From contig WLGB01000001.1 in the NCBI GenBank assembly GCA_009703455.1, forward strand, positions 1-63,898: 63,898 nt of DNA, read 5' to 3'. The notes under the pieces were generated by a model, which saw only the letters and a list, made by a program, of their open reading frames with translations, was not told the origin of the DNA and searched no databases. This document shows positions 22,015 to 33,534 of this stretch, piece after piece; the first letter of the stretch is position 1, and every line of letters begins with the position of its first letter. A program made the translations under genes and the position numbers. The stretch comes from Actinomycetota bacterium (lineage in GTDB: Bacteria > Actinomycetota > Actinomycetes > Actinomycetales > Microbacteriaceae).

Positions 22015-25000
22015 ATGCGCGCTGTTTCCCCGTTTGAACGCTTCGGGCGATTGCCCAAATCTGGGCTGTACCAGCCCGATTCGGAAAAAGATGCTTGTGG
22101 CCTTGCCATGGTGGCAACGCTCAGAGGGACTCCTGGCTACGACATCATCGAAACCGCGCTAACAGCTCTCCGAAACCTCGAGCACCGTGGCGCAGTTGGC
22201 TCTGATGCTGGAACAGGTGACGGTGCAGGAATACTCATTCAGATGCCGGATGCATTTTTCAGGGCGCAACTTGAAGTTCAACTTCCCAGGGCTGGTGAAT
22301 ATGGTGCTGGTGTGGTTTTTGAATCCAATGACTCTAACGAGCGCAGCGTTGACCGGGACAGCTTCGCCAAGCTTGCTTCCGAGGAACACCTCAGTGTGAT
22401 TGCCTGGCGGAAGGTTCCAATCAACCCTGAGGTGCTCGGGGATCTTGCTCGTGAAGCCATGCCGTACATCTCGCAAGTATTCGTCGCATCCAAAAAGGGC
22501 GCCACCGGTCTTGACCTTGAGCGTGCTTTGTACCGATTACGTAAACGCAGCGAGAGTGAAATCGGTATCTATCACCCTTCTCTTTCAGCAAAGACCATTG
22601 TTTACAAGGGTATGGTCACCACGTTGCAGTTGGAACCTTTCTTCCCTGACTTGAGTGACCGAACTATGGTGTCCGCATTGGCACTCGTTCACTCTAGATT
22701 TTCCACGAATACTTTTCCTTCCTGGCCACTGGCCCATCCCTATCGGATGATCGCTCACAATGGCGAGATTAATACTGTGCGGGGAAACCGGAACTGGATG
22801 AAGGCACGAGAGGCCCAACTTCAATCTGAACTGCTGGGCGATATTGAATCCCTAAAGCCGATAATCACAAGGGGAGCAAGTGACAGCGCCTCCTTTGATG
22901 AAGTTGTTGAGCTGCTTTATCTGGCGGGACGATCACTTCCTCATGCAATGATGATGATGATTCCGGAGGCCTGGGAAAAGCACGCGGACATGGATCCCGT
23001 GCGGAAAAGCTTTTATGAATACCACTCAATGCTCATGGAAGCATGGGACGGACCCGCGGCCGTAATCTTTACAGACGGATCATTGGTCGGTGCCACACTT
23101 GATAGGAATGGTCTTAGGCCTGGGCGATACATCATTACTGAAGATGGTCTTGTGGTCTTAGCTTCAGAGATTGGGGTTGTAGACATAGACCCTTCAAAGA
23201 TTGTTCGAAAGGGCCGATTGCAACCAGGGAAGATGTTCTTGGTTGACACTGCGGCAGGACGCATAATCGAGGATGACGAAATAAAGTCAGACATCGCCGC
23301 TTCTGAGCCGTGGGAGACGTGGCTTGGCGAGAATCGAATCAATCTGCGTGATTTGCCGGAACGAGAGCACATCGCTCACACTCCGTCATCAGTCAATCGC
23401 AGACAACGTACCTTCGGATACACCGAAGAGGAACTGAAAATCCTGCTCAAGCCAATGGCAACTGCTGGCACTGAGCCACTAGGCGCGATGGGATCCGATA
23501 CACCCATCGCTGCAATCAGCGACCGACCTCGCCTTCTTTTTGACTATTTTGTTCAGCAATTTGCGCAGGTTACAAACCCTCCTCTCGACGCGATCCGCGA
23601 AGAGGTGGTGACATCGCTTTCGACGGGAATTGGTCCGGAGCGAAATCTTCTTTCGGCAGGTCCTTCGCATGCGAAGCAGGTAATCCTCGATTTCCCCGCT
23701 CTCAGTAATGACGAGCTGGCCAAGATAAAACATATTGATGAAATAGCCGGTAGCGGCGAGGCTTTTGTGGTTCAGGGTCTGTATAAAGTCTCGGATGGAG
23801 CAGTGGCTTTGGAGCAGAGGCTCGAAAAGCTAAATCGTGAAGTTGATGCAGCCATCAATGATGGAGCAACCTATCTGATCCTTTCGGATCGCAACTCAAA
23901 CAGGGACCTTGCGCCGATCCCATCACTTCTGTTGACTTCGTCGGTGCATCATCACTTGATTCGCACCGGACGCAGGACAATGGTAGGCCTAGTTGTTGAA
24001 GCCGGAGACGTCCGCGAGGTCCATCATGTAGCGGCACTAGTTGGCTATGGCGCAGCTGCTGTAAATCCTTACCTAGCTCTCGAATCAGTTGAGCTTATGG
24101 TGCGAAGCGGTTCTCTTGAGGGCATTAGTTTTGAGCAGGCATCTTCGAATTTAATCAAGTCACTAGGTAAGGGCGTTCTAAAGATTATGTCCAAGATGGG
24201 CATTTCGACCGTGTCTTCTTACAGTGGGGCCCAATGCTTTGAGGCTATTGGACTAAACGCTGACGTTGTTGAGAAGTATTTCACCGGCACTGTCTCCCAG
24301 TTGGGCGGCATTGGGATTGAGGTCCTGCACCAGGAGATTGCCGCTAGACATTCAAGTGCCTACCCAGTAGAGCGTGCCGTAAACATCCATAGAAGCCTTG
24401 ACGTGGGTGGCGAATACCAATGGCGTCGTGAAGGGCCTCCTCACCTTTTCAATCCGGAGACCGTATTCAAGCTTCAGCATTCAACTCGTGCTAAGCGTTA
24501 CGACATCTTTAAGGAATACACGCGTTCAGTCGACGACCAGGCGGAGCGCCTTATGACTCTGCGTGGTTTGTTCAAGTTCAAAGACAAGGTCCGCAAACCT
24601 GTCCCGATTGACGAGGTAGAGCCTGCATCTGAGATTGTCAAGCGGTTCTCTACCGGCGCGATGAGCTACGGCTCCATCTCCCAGGAAGCCCACGAGACTC
24701 TGGCCATTGCCATGAACAAGCTCGGCGCGAAATCTAATACCGGCGAAGGTGGCGAAGATCTAGAGCGATTGCTTGACCCCGAAAGACGAAGCGCCATCAA
24801 GCAAGTTGCCTCTGGACGCTTCGGTGTCACAAGCATGTATCTCTCAAACGCCGATGACCTTCAAATAAAAATGGCCCAAGGGGCAAAGCCTGGAGAAGGC
24901 GGTCAACTTGCTGCCAACAAGATATATCCCTGGATTGCCAAAACGAGATACTCAACTCCAGGAGTTGGACTAATTTCACCGCCACCTCATCACGACATCT

Positions 25001-26571
25001 ACTCAATTGAAGATCTAAAGCAACTGATTTTCGACCTAAAACGTGCCAATTCCTCGGCACGGGTGCACGTCAAGCTAGTCAGTCAAGTTGGTATCGGAAC
25101 AGTCGCGGCTGGAGTCGCTAAAGCCAAGGCAGATGTCATCTTGGTCTCGGGTCACGATGGTGGAACCGGAGCCTCGCCACTTAATTCCCTAAAGCATGCA
25201 GGTACGCCCTGGGAGCTAGGTCTAGCGGAAACACAGCAGACCCTAATGCTCAACGGATTGCGAGACAGAGTCTCCGTTCAAGTTGACGGCCAGATGAAAA
25301 CAGGCAAGGACATAGTTGTCGCAGCGTTGCTGGGGGCCGAGGAATATGGTTTCGCAACGGCACCGCTGGTGGTTTCGGGATGCATACTTATGCGAGTCTG
25401 TCATCTAGATACTTGCCCTGTAGGAGTAGCAACCCAGAACCCTGTTCTCAGAGAACGTTTTACAGGTAAGCCGGAGTTCGTTATCAACTTTTTTGAATTC
25501 CTTGCTGAAGAAGTCAGGGAGATTTTGGCAAGTCTAGGATTTAGGTCTCTTGACGAGGCGATTGGACAAACAGATCTACTCGACATCGATAAGGCGATAT
25601 CTCACTGGAAGGCCGATGGTCTAGATCTGACTCCAATTCTCCAAGGGTCGGGTTTGGATGTGAACGCACCCAAGCGTCGCTTTACAACTCAAAACCACGA
25701 GCTAGAAAAGCACTTTGACCACAAGCTAATAGCGCTTGCCGACAAAGCTCTCGAGGACGCACAGCTTGTTGAATTGGATTTGCCCATTCGAAACACGGAG
25801 CAAGCCGTTGGCACAATGATTGGGCATGAGATAACTAGGCGATTCGGCGCAGAGGGTCTAGCGGACTCAACCATTCAAGTCACTCTTCGAGGCTCGGCCG
25901 GTCAATCGTTTGGAGCGTTTATCCCGAGTGGACTTAAGCTCACCCTTGTTGGAGACGCGAACGATTACGTTGGCAAAGGCCTAAGCGGAGGAACTATTGC
26001 GGTTCGCCCCGACGAGAGGTCCAACTTCGCTGCCGAAGACAACACCATTGCTGGCAATGTAATTGGATACGGTGCTACGAGCGGGAGCATGTACATATCA
26101 GGCATCGTGGGAGAGCGTTTCTTGGTTAGGAATTCGGGCGCGACAGCAGTGGTTGAAGGAGTCGGTGACCATGCGCTCGAATACATGACAGGTGGTCGAG
26201 CAGTGATTTTGGGTCGTACCGGAAGAAATCTCGGCGCCGGAATGAGTGGGGGATATGCCTTTGTATACAAACTGAATCACGCAAATGTAAACCCTGACGC
26301 TCTCAAAGTTGACGACTTGCGCCTGATGCCACTTAATGAAGAATTTGCTTCGGAGCTGAGAAACCTATTAGATGCCCATGTTCAGCAAACCGGCTCACTG
26401 CTAGCCGAGCGCCTAAGCAGCAACTTTGAAACTGAGCGCACCCATTTCACCGTTGTTATGCCAACCGATTATGCAAGTGTCAGCGAAATACGGCTGTCCG
26501 CTCAAATGCAAGGTATTGATCCAGATGGCGATACAACATGGAAAAAAATTCTGGAGGCGACTAGTGGCTGA
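22015..26571 (+). CDS. gltB: Glutamate synthase large subunit
   Basis: DACG (catalytic Cys after the propeptide), [29 protein letters not shown] cluster motif; 1518 aa. Confidence 0.99.
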   Translation: MRAVSPFERFGRLPKSGLYQPDSEKDACGLAMVATLRGTPGYDIIETALTALRNLEHRGAVGSDAGTGDGAGILIQMPDAFFRAQLEVQLPRAGEYGAGVVFESNDSNERSVDRDSFAKLASEEHLSVIAWRKVPINPEVLGDLAREAMPYISQVFVASKKGATGLDLERALYRLRKRSESEIGIYHPSLSAKTIVYKGMVTTLQLEPFFPDLSDRTMVSALALVHSRFSTNTFPSWPLAHPYRMIAHNGEINTVRGNRNWMKAREAQLQSELLGDIESLKPIITRGASDSASFDEVVELLYLAGRSLPHAMMMMIPEAWEKHADMDPVRKSFYEYHSMLMEAWDGPAAVIFTDGSLVGATLDRNGLRPGRYIITEDGLVVLASEIGVVDIDPSKIVRKGRLQPGKMFLVDTAAGRIIEDDEIKSDIAASEPWETWLGENRINLRDLPEREHIAHTPSSVNRRQRTFGYTEEELKILLKPMATAGTEPLGAMGSDTPIAAISDRPRLLFDYFVQQFAQVTNPPLDAIREEVVTSLSTGIGPERNLLSAGPSHAKQVILDFPALSNDELAKIKHIDEIAGSGEAFVVQGLYKVSDGAVALEQRLEKLNREVDAAINDGATYLILSDRNSNRDLAPIPSLLLTSSVHHHLIRTGRRTMVGLVVEAGDVREVHHVAALVGYGAAAVNPYLALESVELMVRSGSLEGISFEQASSNLIKSLGKGVLKIMSKMGISTVSSYSGAQCFEAIGLNADVVEKYFTGTVSQLGGIGIEVLHQEIAARHSSAYPVERAVNIHRSLDVGGEYQWRREGPPHLFNPETVFKLQHSTRAKRYDIFKEYTRSVDDQAERLMTLRGLFKFKDKVRKPVPIDEVEPASEIVKRFSTGAMSYGSISQEAHETLAIAMNKLGAKSNTGEGGEDLERLLDPERRSAIKQVASGRFGVTSMYLSNADDLQIKMAQGAKPGEGGQLAANKIYPWIAKTRYSTPGVGLISPPPHHDIYSIEDLKQLIFDLKRANSSARVHVKLVSQVGIGTVAAGVAKAKADVILVSGHDGGTGASPLNSLKHAGTPWELGLAETQQTLMLNGLRDRVSVQVDGQMKTGKDIVVAALLGAEEYGFATAPLVVSGCILMRVCHLDTCPVGVATQNPVLRERFTGKPEFVINFFEFLAEEVREILASLGFRSLDEAIGQTDLLDIDKAISHWKADGLDLTPILQGSGLDVNAPKRRFTTQNHELEKHFDHKLIALADKALEDAQLVELDLPIRNTEQAVGTMIGHEITRRFGAEGLADSTIQVTLRGSAGQSFGAFIPSGLKLTLVGDANDYVGKGLSGGTIAVRPDERSNFAAEDNTIAGNVIGYGATSGSMYISGIVGERFLVRNSGATAVVEGVGDHALEYMTGGRAVILGRTGRNLGAGMSGGYAFVYKLNHANVNPDALKVDDLRLMPLNEEFASELRNLLDAHVQQTGSLLAERLSSNFETERTHFTVVMPTDYASVSEIRLSAQMQGIDPDGDTTWKKILEATSG

Positions 26572-28024
26572 TCCAAGAGGGTTCCTAAAGACCACCGAAC
26601 GTTCGACGGCAAATCGCAGGCCCGTTTCAGTTCGCATCATGGACTGGAAGGAAGTCTATGATAGGCGAGACTCCGACGTGGTCCAGGCACAAGCTGGTCG
26701 GTGCATGGATTGCGGCGTTCCGTTTTGCCATCAAGGATGTCCGCTGGGAAATCTTATACCCGAGTTCAACGACGCTGTCTGGCGGAAGGACGGGGCAACG
26801 GCAATAGACCGCCTTCACGCTACAAACAATTTCCCAGAGTTCACCGGGAGGCTATGCCCTGCACCCTGTGAGTCAAGTTGTGTGCTTGCGATTAATCAAC
26901 CGGCTGTGACTATCAAGGAAATTGAAGTCTCAATCATTGATGAGGCTTTCGATAATGGTTGGGTCCAGGCCCACGCCCCGGAGCGCCTTACCGGGAAAAC
27001 TGTGGCGGTTGTTGGATCCGGTCCGGCAGGACTTGCCGCAGCTCAGCAACTGGCTCGAGCGGGCCACACGGTTGCAGTTTTCGAAAGAGACGACAGAATT
27101 GGCGGACTGCTTCGATACGGAATCCCAGACTTCAAAATGGAGAAGCAACACATCGACCGTCGATTAGCTCAGCTCGAGGCCGAGGGCGTCAGGTTCCGAG
27201 TTGGCGTCGAGATCGGAACTGACATAAGTTGGTCGGATTTGCGGAGGCGCTACGATGCCGTATTAATCGCAACAGGGGCCTCGGTTCCAAGGGATTTGGC
27301 GGTACCCGGTCGAAATCTTTCGGGAGTTCACTTCGCAATGCAGTATCTGACTCAAGCCAACCGCGTAGTTTCGGGACTTGCTGTTGAGAATCAGATATCA
27401 GCCAAAGGAAAGCGTGTAGTGATCCTTGGCGGGGGAGACACTGGTGCCGACTGTCTAGGAACAGCGACTAGACAAGGAGCCAAAAGCGTCACAACTTTAG
27501 CCATTGGAGTGAAGCCGCCAGAGCAAAGACCCGAGACTCAACCTTGGCCAATGTTTCCAAATCTTTACGAAGTAAGTAGTGCGCACGAAGAGTTCGGCGA
27601 GCGTAGCTATCTTTCTTCAACCCTTGAACTGGTAGGAGCCGATGGGGAAGTCACCGGAATCAAAATTGCAGATACTGATTTCCTAGACGGAAAGCGAGTG
27701 CCTAAGCCTGGAACTGAAAGAGTAATCGAGGCTGACTTGGTCTTGCTCGCTCTGGGTTTTACCGGTCCCGAGGTTGAGTCGTGTGTGGCCGAAATCGAAA
27801 TTTCACTCGATCAAAAGGGCAATTTCGGCCGCAAGGACAGCTTTGCCTCGGAACTAGACGGTGTCTTCGTAGCTGGCGACGCCGGCCGGGGACAGTCGCT
27901 GATTGTCTGGGCCATGGCCGAAGGGCGAGCTGCAGCAGCTAGCATAGACAAGTTCCTAGAAGGAACCACCGAGCTACCTTCACCGGTGAAGGCTTCGGAT
28001 CGACCGATTTCCATATACAGCTAA
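26564..28024 (+). CDS. gltD: Glutamate synthase small subunit
   Basis: GTG start (MADPRGFL) overlapping the end of gltB; [25 protein letters not shown]. Confidence 0.97.
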   Translation: MADPRGFLKTTERSTANRRPVSVRIMDWKEVYDRRDSDVVQAQAGRCMDCGVPFCHQGCPLGNLIPEFNDAVWRKDGATAIDRLHATNNFPEFTGRLCPAPCESSCVLAINQPAVTIKEIEVSIIDEAFDNGWVQAHAPERLTGKTVAVVGSGPAGLAAAQQLARAGHTVAVFERDDRIGGLLRYGIPDFKMEKQHIDRRLAQLEAEGVRFRVGVEIGTDISWSDLRRRYDAVLIATGASVPRDLAVPGRNLSGVHFAMQYLTQANRVVSGLAVENQISAKGKRVVILGGGDTGADCLGTATRQGAKSVTTLAIGVKPPEQRPETQPWPMFPNLYEVSSAHEEFGERSYLSSTLELVGADGEVTGIKIADTDFLDGKRVPKPGTERVIEADLVLLALGFTGPEVESCVAEIEISLDQKGNFGRKDSFASELDGVFVAGDAGRGQSLIVWAMAEGRAAAASIDKFLEGTTELPSPVKASDRPISIYS

Positions 28025-28058
28025 CCAAGGGCCAAAAGCCAGAAACGAAAAGGAAAAA

Positions 28059-29480
28059 ATGAGACGCGCGAAGATAGTTGCAACTCTGGGTCCGGCAACA
28101 TCCAGCTACGAAAGCATAAAGGCCATAATCGAAGCGGGTGTGGATGTCGCGAGAATGAACTTAAGCCACGGCAGTCACGATGTCCACGAAGGAATTTACG
28201 CTCTGGTGCGCAAAGCAGCAGCCGATCTAGGCAAGTCTGTAGGTATTTTTGTTGACCTACAGGGTCCCAAAATTCGATTGGCAAAATTCAAGGACGGTCC
28301 CGTTTACCTCGAGAAGGGCGCGACTTTCAAGATAACAACCGAGGATGTTGAAGGCGACGTCAACATGTGCGGGACTACCTTTAAGGGCCTGCCCAATGAC
28401 GTTAAGGTCGGTGATTTTCTTCTAATCGATGACGGGAAAGTTCGCCTAAGGGCTACAGCTGTTTCAGCTACAACCGTGACCGCTGAGGTTGAGGTTGCTG
28501 GCGAAGTATCTAATAACAAGGGAATTAATCTTCCTGGTGTTGCGGTAAACGTACCAGCATTGTCAGAAAAGGACGAGATAGATCTACGCTGGGCTCTCAC
28601 TACTGGTGTCGACATGATTGCGCTATCTTTCGTTCGAAATGCATCTGACATCGTTCGAGTCCACGAGATTATGGTTGAAGAGGGTAGAACATTGCCGGTC
28701 ATCGCGAAAATTGAAAAGCCTCAAGCCGTAGAGAACCTCGAGGAAATTATTGACGCGTTCGATGGAATCATGGTCGCCCGCGGTGACTTGGGTGTCGAGC
28801 TTCCCTTGGAGCAAGTTCCGCTTGTGCAAAAGCGCGCTGTTGAGCTTGCAAGAAGGTGGGCGAAGCCAGTAATAGTTGCGACACAAATGCTGGAATCGAT
28901 GATCTCTTCAAGTATTCCAACTCGCGCGGAAACTAGCGATGTAGCAAATGCTGTCTTAGACGGAGCAGACGCACTAATGCTCTCTGGCGAGACAAGCGTC
29001 GGTGAATTCCCGGTGGAAACAGTTCAAACCATGGCAAAAATTATCCACTCCACAGAGGAAAACGGACTGGACCGAATCCCGAGCCTTGGAACAAGACCTC
29101 ACACTCATGCCGGTGCAGTTTCCTTTGCAGCCATGGAGATAGCCGAGCTTCTCGGGTCAAAATATGTGTGTGTCTTTACTGAAAGTGGAGACTCCCTAAA
29201 GAGAATTTCTAGACTGCGATCGGCAGTGCCGGTACTTACTTTTACTCCTAACGAAGATGTAGCTAATCGAATGTCGCTAGTTTGGGGTTCGCGAACATTT
29301 CTAGTTGGAAAAGTAGACCACACGGACGCAATGTTTGATCAAGTTGATAGAACTGTCCTGGCGGAGGGCCTGTGCAAGCCAGGTGACGAAGTAGTTGTTG
29401 TGGCTGGAACACCACCCGGGGTTTCCGGCTCTACCAATACGTTGAGAGTACACAAAGTAGGCTCTGGGGCTAAAAGCTGA
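28059..29480 (+). CDS. pyk: Pyruvate kinase
   Basis: KIVATLGP, DLQGPKIR, MVARGDLG, PTRAExSDVANA. Confidence 0.99.
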   Translation: MRRAKIVATLGPATSSYESIKAIIEAGVDVARMNLSHGSHDVHEGIYALVRKAAADLGKSVGIFVDLQGPKIRLAKFKDGPVYLEKGATFKITTEDVEGDVNMCGTTFKGLPNDVKVGDFLLIDDGKVRLRATAVSATTVTAEVEVAGEVSNNKGINLPGVAVNVPALSEKDEIDLRWALTTGVDMIALSFVRNASDIVRVHEIMVEEGRTLPVIAKIEKPQAVENLEEIIDAFDGIMVARGDLGVELPLEQVPLVQKRAVELARRWAKPVIVATQMLESMISSSIPTRAETSDVANAVLDGADALMLSGETSVGEFPVETVQTMAKIIHSTEENGLDRIPSLGTRPHTHAGAVSFAAMEIAELLGSKYVCVFTESGDSLKRISRLRSAVPVLTFTPNEDVANRMSLVWGSRTFLVGKVDHTDAMFDQVDRTVLAEGLCKPGDEVVVVAGTPPGVSGSTNTLRVHKVGSGAKS

Positions 29481-29486
29481 TAATTG

Positions 29487-29572
29487 TGGTGCCGGAAGTG
29501 GGATTCGAACCCACACGTCCTTTCGGACAAAGCATTTTGAGTGCTCCGCGTCTGCCGTTCCGCCATTCCGGC
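29487..29572 (-). tRNA. tRNA-Leu (anticodon CAA), CCA end encoded
   Basis: Minus strand reads GCCGGAATGGCGGAACGGCAGACGCGGAGCACTCAAAATGCTTTGTCCGAAAGGACGTGTGGGTTCGAATCCCACTTCCGGCACCA. It has a 7-bp acceptor stem, long variable arm and TTCGAAT T-loop. Confidence 0.97.
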
Positions 29573-29588
29573 CAACACCACGCCTTGA

Positions 29589-29636
29589 AGTCTAACGGAT
29601 TTGGTTTCCCCACAACTGGCGTGACTGGAATATAGT
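29589..29636. promoter_or_regulatory. Divergent promoter pair: TAGACT (minus, tRNA-Leu) and TATAGT (plus, leaderless pdtaR)
   Basis: The reverse complement of agtcta at 29589-29594 lies upstream of the tRNA. TATAGT at 29631-29636 is 7 nt before ATG 29644. Confidence 0.5.
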
Positions 29637-29643
29637 TAGGCTC

Positions 29644-30228
29644 ATGGCAGATCAATTAACTCAAAGAAGAGTCGTTGTGGCAGAGGACGAATCCCTCATT
29701 CGAATGGACATCGTCGAAACGCTCCGAGATCACGGCTTTGATGTTGTTGGCGAGGCCGGAGATGGGAATATGGCCGTCGAGTTAGCCGAGCAACTTAGAC
29801 CGGATTTGATTGTCATGGATATAAAGATGCCGGACTTGGACGGCCTTTCCGCAGCCGAAAAAATTGCGGATCTGAAGATTCCCGTGGTGTTGCTAACTGC
29901 GTTTAGTCAGCAAGAACTCGTCGCAAGAGCAGCTGAGGTGGGAGCCATGGCTTTTCTAGTGAAGCCATTTACCCCAAGTGATCTTCTCCCTGCTATCGAG
30001 ATTGCTTTATCCAGGCACTCGCAGTTGGTGGCGCTAGAAAGCGAAGTCTCAGATCTGGCCGATAGACTTGAGACGCGCAAGTTAGTGGAAAGAGCGAAGT
30101 CCGTGTTGAGCGAGAAGATGAAGCTCACTGAACCTGAGGCTTTTCGTTGGATACAGAAGGCATCTATGGATCGACGAATAAGTATGGCTGATGTGTCAAA
30201 GACCGTCTTGGACCAACTAGCGAAGTAA
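29644..30228 (+). CDS. pdtaR: ANTAR-domain response regulator (PdtaR family)
   Basis: Receiver domain (VVAEDE, MDIKMP, LTAFSQ, KPF) followed by an ANTAR domain (RKLVERAK...AFRWIQKASMDRR). Confidence 0.92.
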   Translation: MADQLTQRRVVVAEDESLIRMDIVETLRDHGFDVVGEAGDGNMAVELAEQLRPDLIVMDIKMPDLDGLSAAEKIADLKIPVVLLTAFSQQELVARAAEVGAMAFLVKPFTPSDLLPAIEIALSRHSQLVALESEVSDLADRLETRKLVERAKSVLSEKMKLTEPEAFRWIQKASMDRRISMADVSKTVLDQLAK

Positions 30229-30648
30229 CTAAGGTTGACGGATTAGGTTCGTGATCCGAACTGTGGAGCAACGCTGACCGAGTTCGTTGGTTATGACAAT
30301 TTCGTGAACGGTAAGTGTTTTGCCTAAAGAAATTGCGGTGGCAACACCAGTGACTTTACCTTGAGTAGCGGACTTTGAGTGAGATGCGGAAATCTCAATT
30401 CCGACTGCGTAGCCATCGGGGGCAGCCCAGACGTTTGCCGCGAATGAGCCAAGAGTTTCACCAAGAACAAGATATGCACCGCCATGTAATAACCCGCGCG
30501 GCTGGGTGTTACCTTCAACTGGCATTGTGGCCACGGCTCGCTCAGCACTGAGCTCAACAATCTCAATACCCATCTTCTCGGCCAGCTCACCAACGCCTCG
30601 TTTGGTGGCCAGGTGCTTCGCATCATCGCTGAGAATCGGCTCAGACAT
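30229..30648 (-). CDS. Hotdog-fold thioesterase (PaaI/MenI-like)
   Basis: NTQPxGLLHGGAxLVLGETLGS motif; AAAGGA SD. Confidence 0.9.
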   Translation of the reverse strand: MSEPILSDDAKHLATKRGVGELAEKMGIEIVELSAERAVATMPVEGNTQPRGLLHGGAYLVLGETLGSFAANVWAAPDGYAVGIEISASHSKSATQGKVTGVATAISLGKTLTVHEIVITNELGQRCSTVRITNLIRQP

Positions 30649-30702
30649 GTTGGGTCGTCCTTTCGGGCGGAACTAAAGACCAAGCAAAGTAGGCTTGTTC
30701 CC

Positions 30703-33384
30703 ATGAGTGATAAGCCTACCCTTCTGCTTATTGATGGCCACTCTTTGGCCTTCCGGGCCTTTTACGCACTGAATCCTGCAAACTTCAAAACACCTGATGG
30801 ACAGCACACGAACGCTGTCCACGGTTTTATCTCAATGTTGCTGAACCTCTTAGAAGGAGAAAAGCCAACGCATCTAGCAGTTGCCTTTGACATTTCAGGC
30901 CCATCATTCAGGGCGATCGAATACCCCGAGTACAAGGGAAATAGGGGTGAAACGCCAGAGGAGTTCTTCGGGCAAACTGAACTTCTCGAAGAGGCAATGA
31001 GCGCGATGAACATCACAACACTCACGAAAAAAGATTACGAAGCGGACGACATTCTCGCTTCGCTTGCGGATCAAGCCGCTGAGGCCGGGTACAGGGTTCT
31101 GGTTGTCTCAGGAGATAGAGACACATTTCAACTGATAGGAGACAACACCACGATTCTTTATCCTATTAAGGGCGTGATGAACCTAGCGCGGATGAACGAT
31201 GAGGCAGTAGTTGAGAAGTACGGAATTCATGCCAAACAATATCCTGATCTTGCCGCTTTAGTTGGCGAAACCAGCGATAACCTCCCGGGAATCCCGGGAG
31301 TCGGGCCAAAAACGGCAGCAAAATGGCTTCAGGCTTATGGGAATCTAGACACCGTTTTAGCAAAATCCGATGAGATTCCAGGAAAGGTGGGGGAGTCACT
31401 CAGAGAACACAGCGGCCTTGCGACGAGAAACCGAAGACTAAACCACCTCGTTCGCGATTTGGATTTGGAGCTCGAATTCGACTCTCTTCGATTGACAGCT
31501 GTGGATGAGGACAAAGTCCGAAAAGCCTTTTCCAAGATGCACTTTAAAACTCTCACCGAACGGGTCCTCAGGCTCAGGGGGACCAGGGGGACTCAGACTA
31601 GCGGTCTTGGTCCAGCGTCTACCGTCAGTTCATTACCAGAGCTAGTCACTGCCGACACTGAGATAAAGATGTTTGACACTATCGAGATTCCTCCCGCTGG
31701 CTCCCTTGACTCGGTCGCGCTGATCAAATGGCTTGGGACTCAAGGAAGTGTTGGATTTGAGCTGGAGGATAATGAAGGAAGTCTTGCTTTTGGTTTCGCC
31801 TCAAAGACTGAACGCTTTACTCTCTCAGGGACAATAACCAAAGAGCTTGCTAAATGGCTGGTTGACACTGAAAGACCGAAAACTCTTTTTGACTTCAAGG
31901 GGACAAAACGAATACTTCTTTCGCACGGGTACGACATTGCAGGAGTAGAAGATGACGTTCTGCTGTTGGCATACCTTCTTAACCCTGTTCGTAGAAACTA
32001 CTTCGTTGACGAGATCGCTTTGGAACAACTCGGACTCGCAATCAAACGGTCTGACCCAAACCAGCTGATTCCTGAGGCAAGTTCTGATCCGAGTCTCGAC
32101 GCTTGGCTAGCGCTTAGCCTGGCAAGTGGAATGCGGGCCAAGGTCACCGAACAGGGGCAGCTTGCGGTATACAGCGACATTGAGCTTCCTAGTTCAATGA
32201 GTCTTTCCATAATGGAATCTCAAGGTATCTCCATTGATGTCAAGAAGCTCGAGGACCTGTTTGAGACTCTGTCGACTGAGGTTGGAGAAATTGCCAAGGA
32301 GGCCTTCGAAATTATTGGGAAGGAGATTAATCTAGCCTCTCCCAAGCAGCTTCAGACAGTGCTATTTGACGACCTAGGAATGACCGGGACCAAGAGTTTG
32401 AAAACCGGGTTTTCTACCAACGCGGCAGCACTCACCGAGCTTTTTGAGTCAAACGGGCATCCGTTTTTGGAAAAGCTGCTCGCTCATAGAGACTCCACCA
32501 AGCTGAAGCAGATGGTTGAAACTCTTTTAAAGGCAGTTGAGTCGGATTCGAAGATTCACACGACTTATGTTCAAACTGGAACCTCAACAGGGCGCTTAAG
32601 TTCTGAGAATCCGAATCTCCAGAACATTCCAATTAGAAACCCTCGCGGGTCTCAAATCAGGGACTCATTTGTGGCCTCAAAGGGTTTCGAGATGCTTTTG
32701 ACAGCGGACTATTCGCAGATTGAAATGCGAATCATGGCACATCTATCAGAAGATCCTGGACTTATAGAGGCGTTTAATAATGGGGAGGACTTGCACCGGT
32801 TCGTTGGGTCTCGAATTTTTGGTGTGTCTCCCGATGCTGTGACGGCGGACATGAGATCGCAAGTCAAGGCGATGAGCTACGGTCTGGTTTATGGCCTGAG
32901 CGAATACGGGCTTGCTAAGCAGCTGGGGCTTTCCAATGCAGACGCCAAGCAACTAATGAAGGACTATTTTGATCGTTTTGGAGGTGTACGGAAGTACCTG
33001 GCGAAAGTTGTTGAGGACGCGAAGGCAGCTGGCTACACCCGAACCCTTTACGGCCGAAGAAGACCTTTCGATGATCTAACCAGCTCGATATTCCAGGTAA
33101 GAGAAAACGCAAGGCGAGCGGCCCTAAATGCCCCAATTCAGGGGACCGCCGCCGACATCATGAAGCTAGCCATGAACTCCATACATGCGGCAATGATGGG
33201 CGAAGGTTTTAAATCGAGAATGCTGCTTCAGGTGCACGACGAGCTTGTATTTGAGGTCGCCAAGGGCGAGCTTGAGACCCTGCGGGCAATGGTTGTGGAA
33301 AAGATGTCTACCGTGGCAAAGCTGTCAGTGCCCCTAGAAGTCCAGATTGGGACCGGCCGAAGCTGGGACGAAGCCGGACACTAG
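30703..33384 (+). CDS. polA: DNA polymerase I
   Basis: LLIDGHSLAFRAF 5'-3' exonuclease, ADYSQIEMR, KAMSYGLVYG, QVHDEL. Start at ATG 30703 (MSDKPT), preceded by TAGGCT at 30690-30695. Confidence 0.98.
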   Translation: MSDKPTLLLIDGHSLAFRAFYALNPANFKTPDGQHTNAVHGFISMLLNLLEGEKPTHLAVAFDISGPSFRAIEYPEYKGNRGETPEEFFGQTELLEEAMSAMNITTLTKKDYEADDILASLADQAAEAGYRVLVVSGDRDTFQLIGDNTTILYPIKGVMNLARMNDEAVVEKYGIHAKQYPDLAALVGETSDNLPGIPGVGPKTAAKWLQAYGNLDTVLAKSDEIPGKVGESLREHSGLATRNRRLNHLVRDLDLELEFDSLRLTAVDEDKVRKAFSKMHFKTLTERVLRLRGTRGTQTSGLGPASTVSSLPELVTADTEIKMFDTIEIPPAGSLDSVALIKWLGTQGSVGFELEDNEGSLAFGFASKTERFTLSGTITKELAKWLVDTERPKTLFDFKGTKRILLSHGYDIAGVEDDVLLLAYLLNPVRRNYFVDEIALEQLGLAIKRSDPNQLIPEASSDPSLDAWLALSLASGMRAKVTEQGQLAVYSDIELPSSMSLSIMESQGISIDVKKLEDLFETLSTEVGEIAKEAFEIIGKEINLASPKQLQTVLFDDLGMTGTKSLKTGFSTNAAALTELFESNGHPFLEKLLAHRDSTKLKQMVETLLKAVESDSKIHTTYVQTGTSTGRLSSENPNLQNIPIRNPRGSQIRDSFVASKGFEMLLTADYSQIEMRIMAHLSEDPGLIEAFNNGEDLHRFVGSRIFGVSPDAVTADMRSQVKAMSYGLVYGLSEYGLAKQLGLSNADAKQLMKDYFDRFGGVRKYLAKVVEDAKAAGYTRTLYGRRRPFDDLTSSIFQVRENARRAALNAPIQGTAADIMKLAMNSIHAAMMGEGFKSRMLLQVHDELVFEVAKGELETLRAMVVEKMSTVAKLSVPLEVQIGTGRSWDEAGH

Positions 33385-33410
33385 CCTTTGTGGCTTTGGT
33401 TTGTTGGCAC

Positions 33411-33534
33411 TAGGCTTAGAGGGCGCCTTGGCGCATGACCCCTATCCGCTGTTGCGATGGCAATCATTTCTTTTGAATCTAGAAGGCTTGGAGCCACCGC
33501 GACCTGAGTAATCAAAAATGGAGTACCTATCTCT
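33411..33534 (+). promoter_or_regulatory. rpsA promoter (-10 TAGGCT at 33411-33416) and structured ~110-nt 5' leader
   Basis: GCGC-CTTG-GCGC hairpin at 33423-33434. GTTGCGATGGC (33451-33461) pairs with GCCACCGCGAC (33493-33503). GGAG SD at 33520-33523. Confidence 0.5.

Noticed and set aside
29481-29572. tRNA-Leu as a possible integration site
   Set aside because: I saw no integrase, no duplicated tRNA 3' end and no foreign DNA. pyk ends 6 nt away, so the site is empty.
29644-30228. Orphan response regulator as a novel system
   Set aside because: PdtaR is normally encoded near polA and away from its kinase PdtaS in Actinobacteria.
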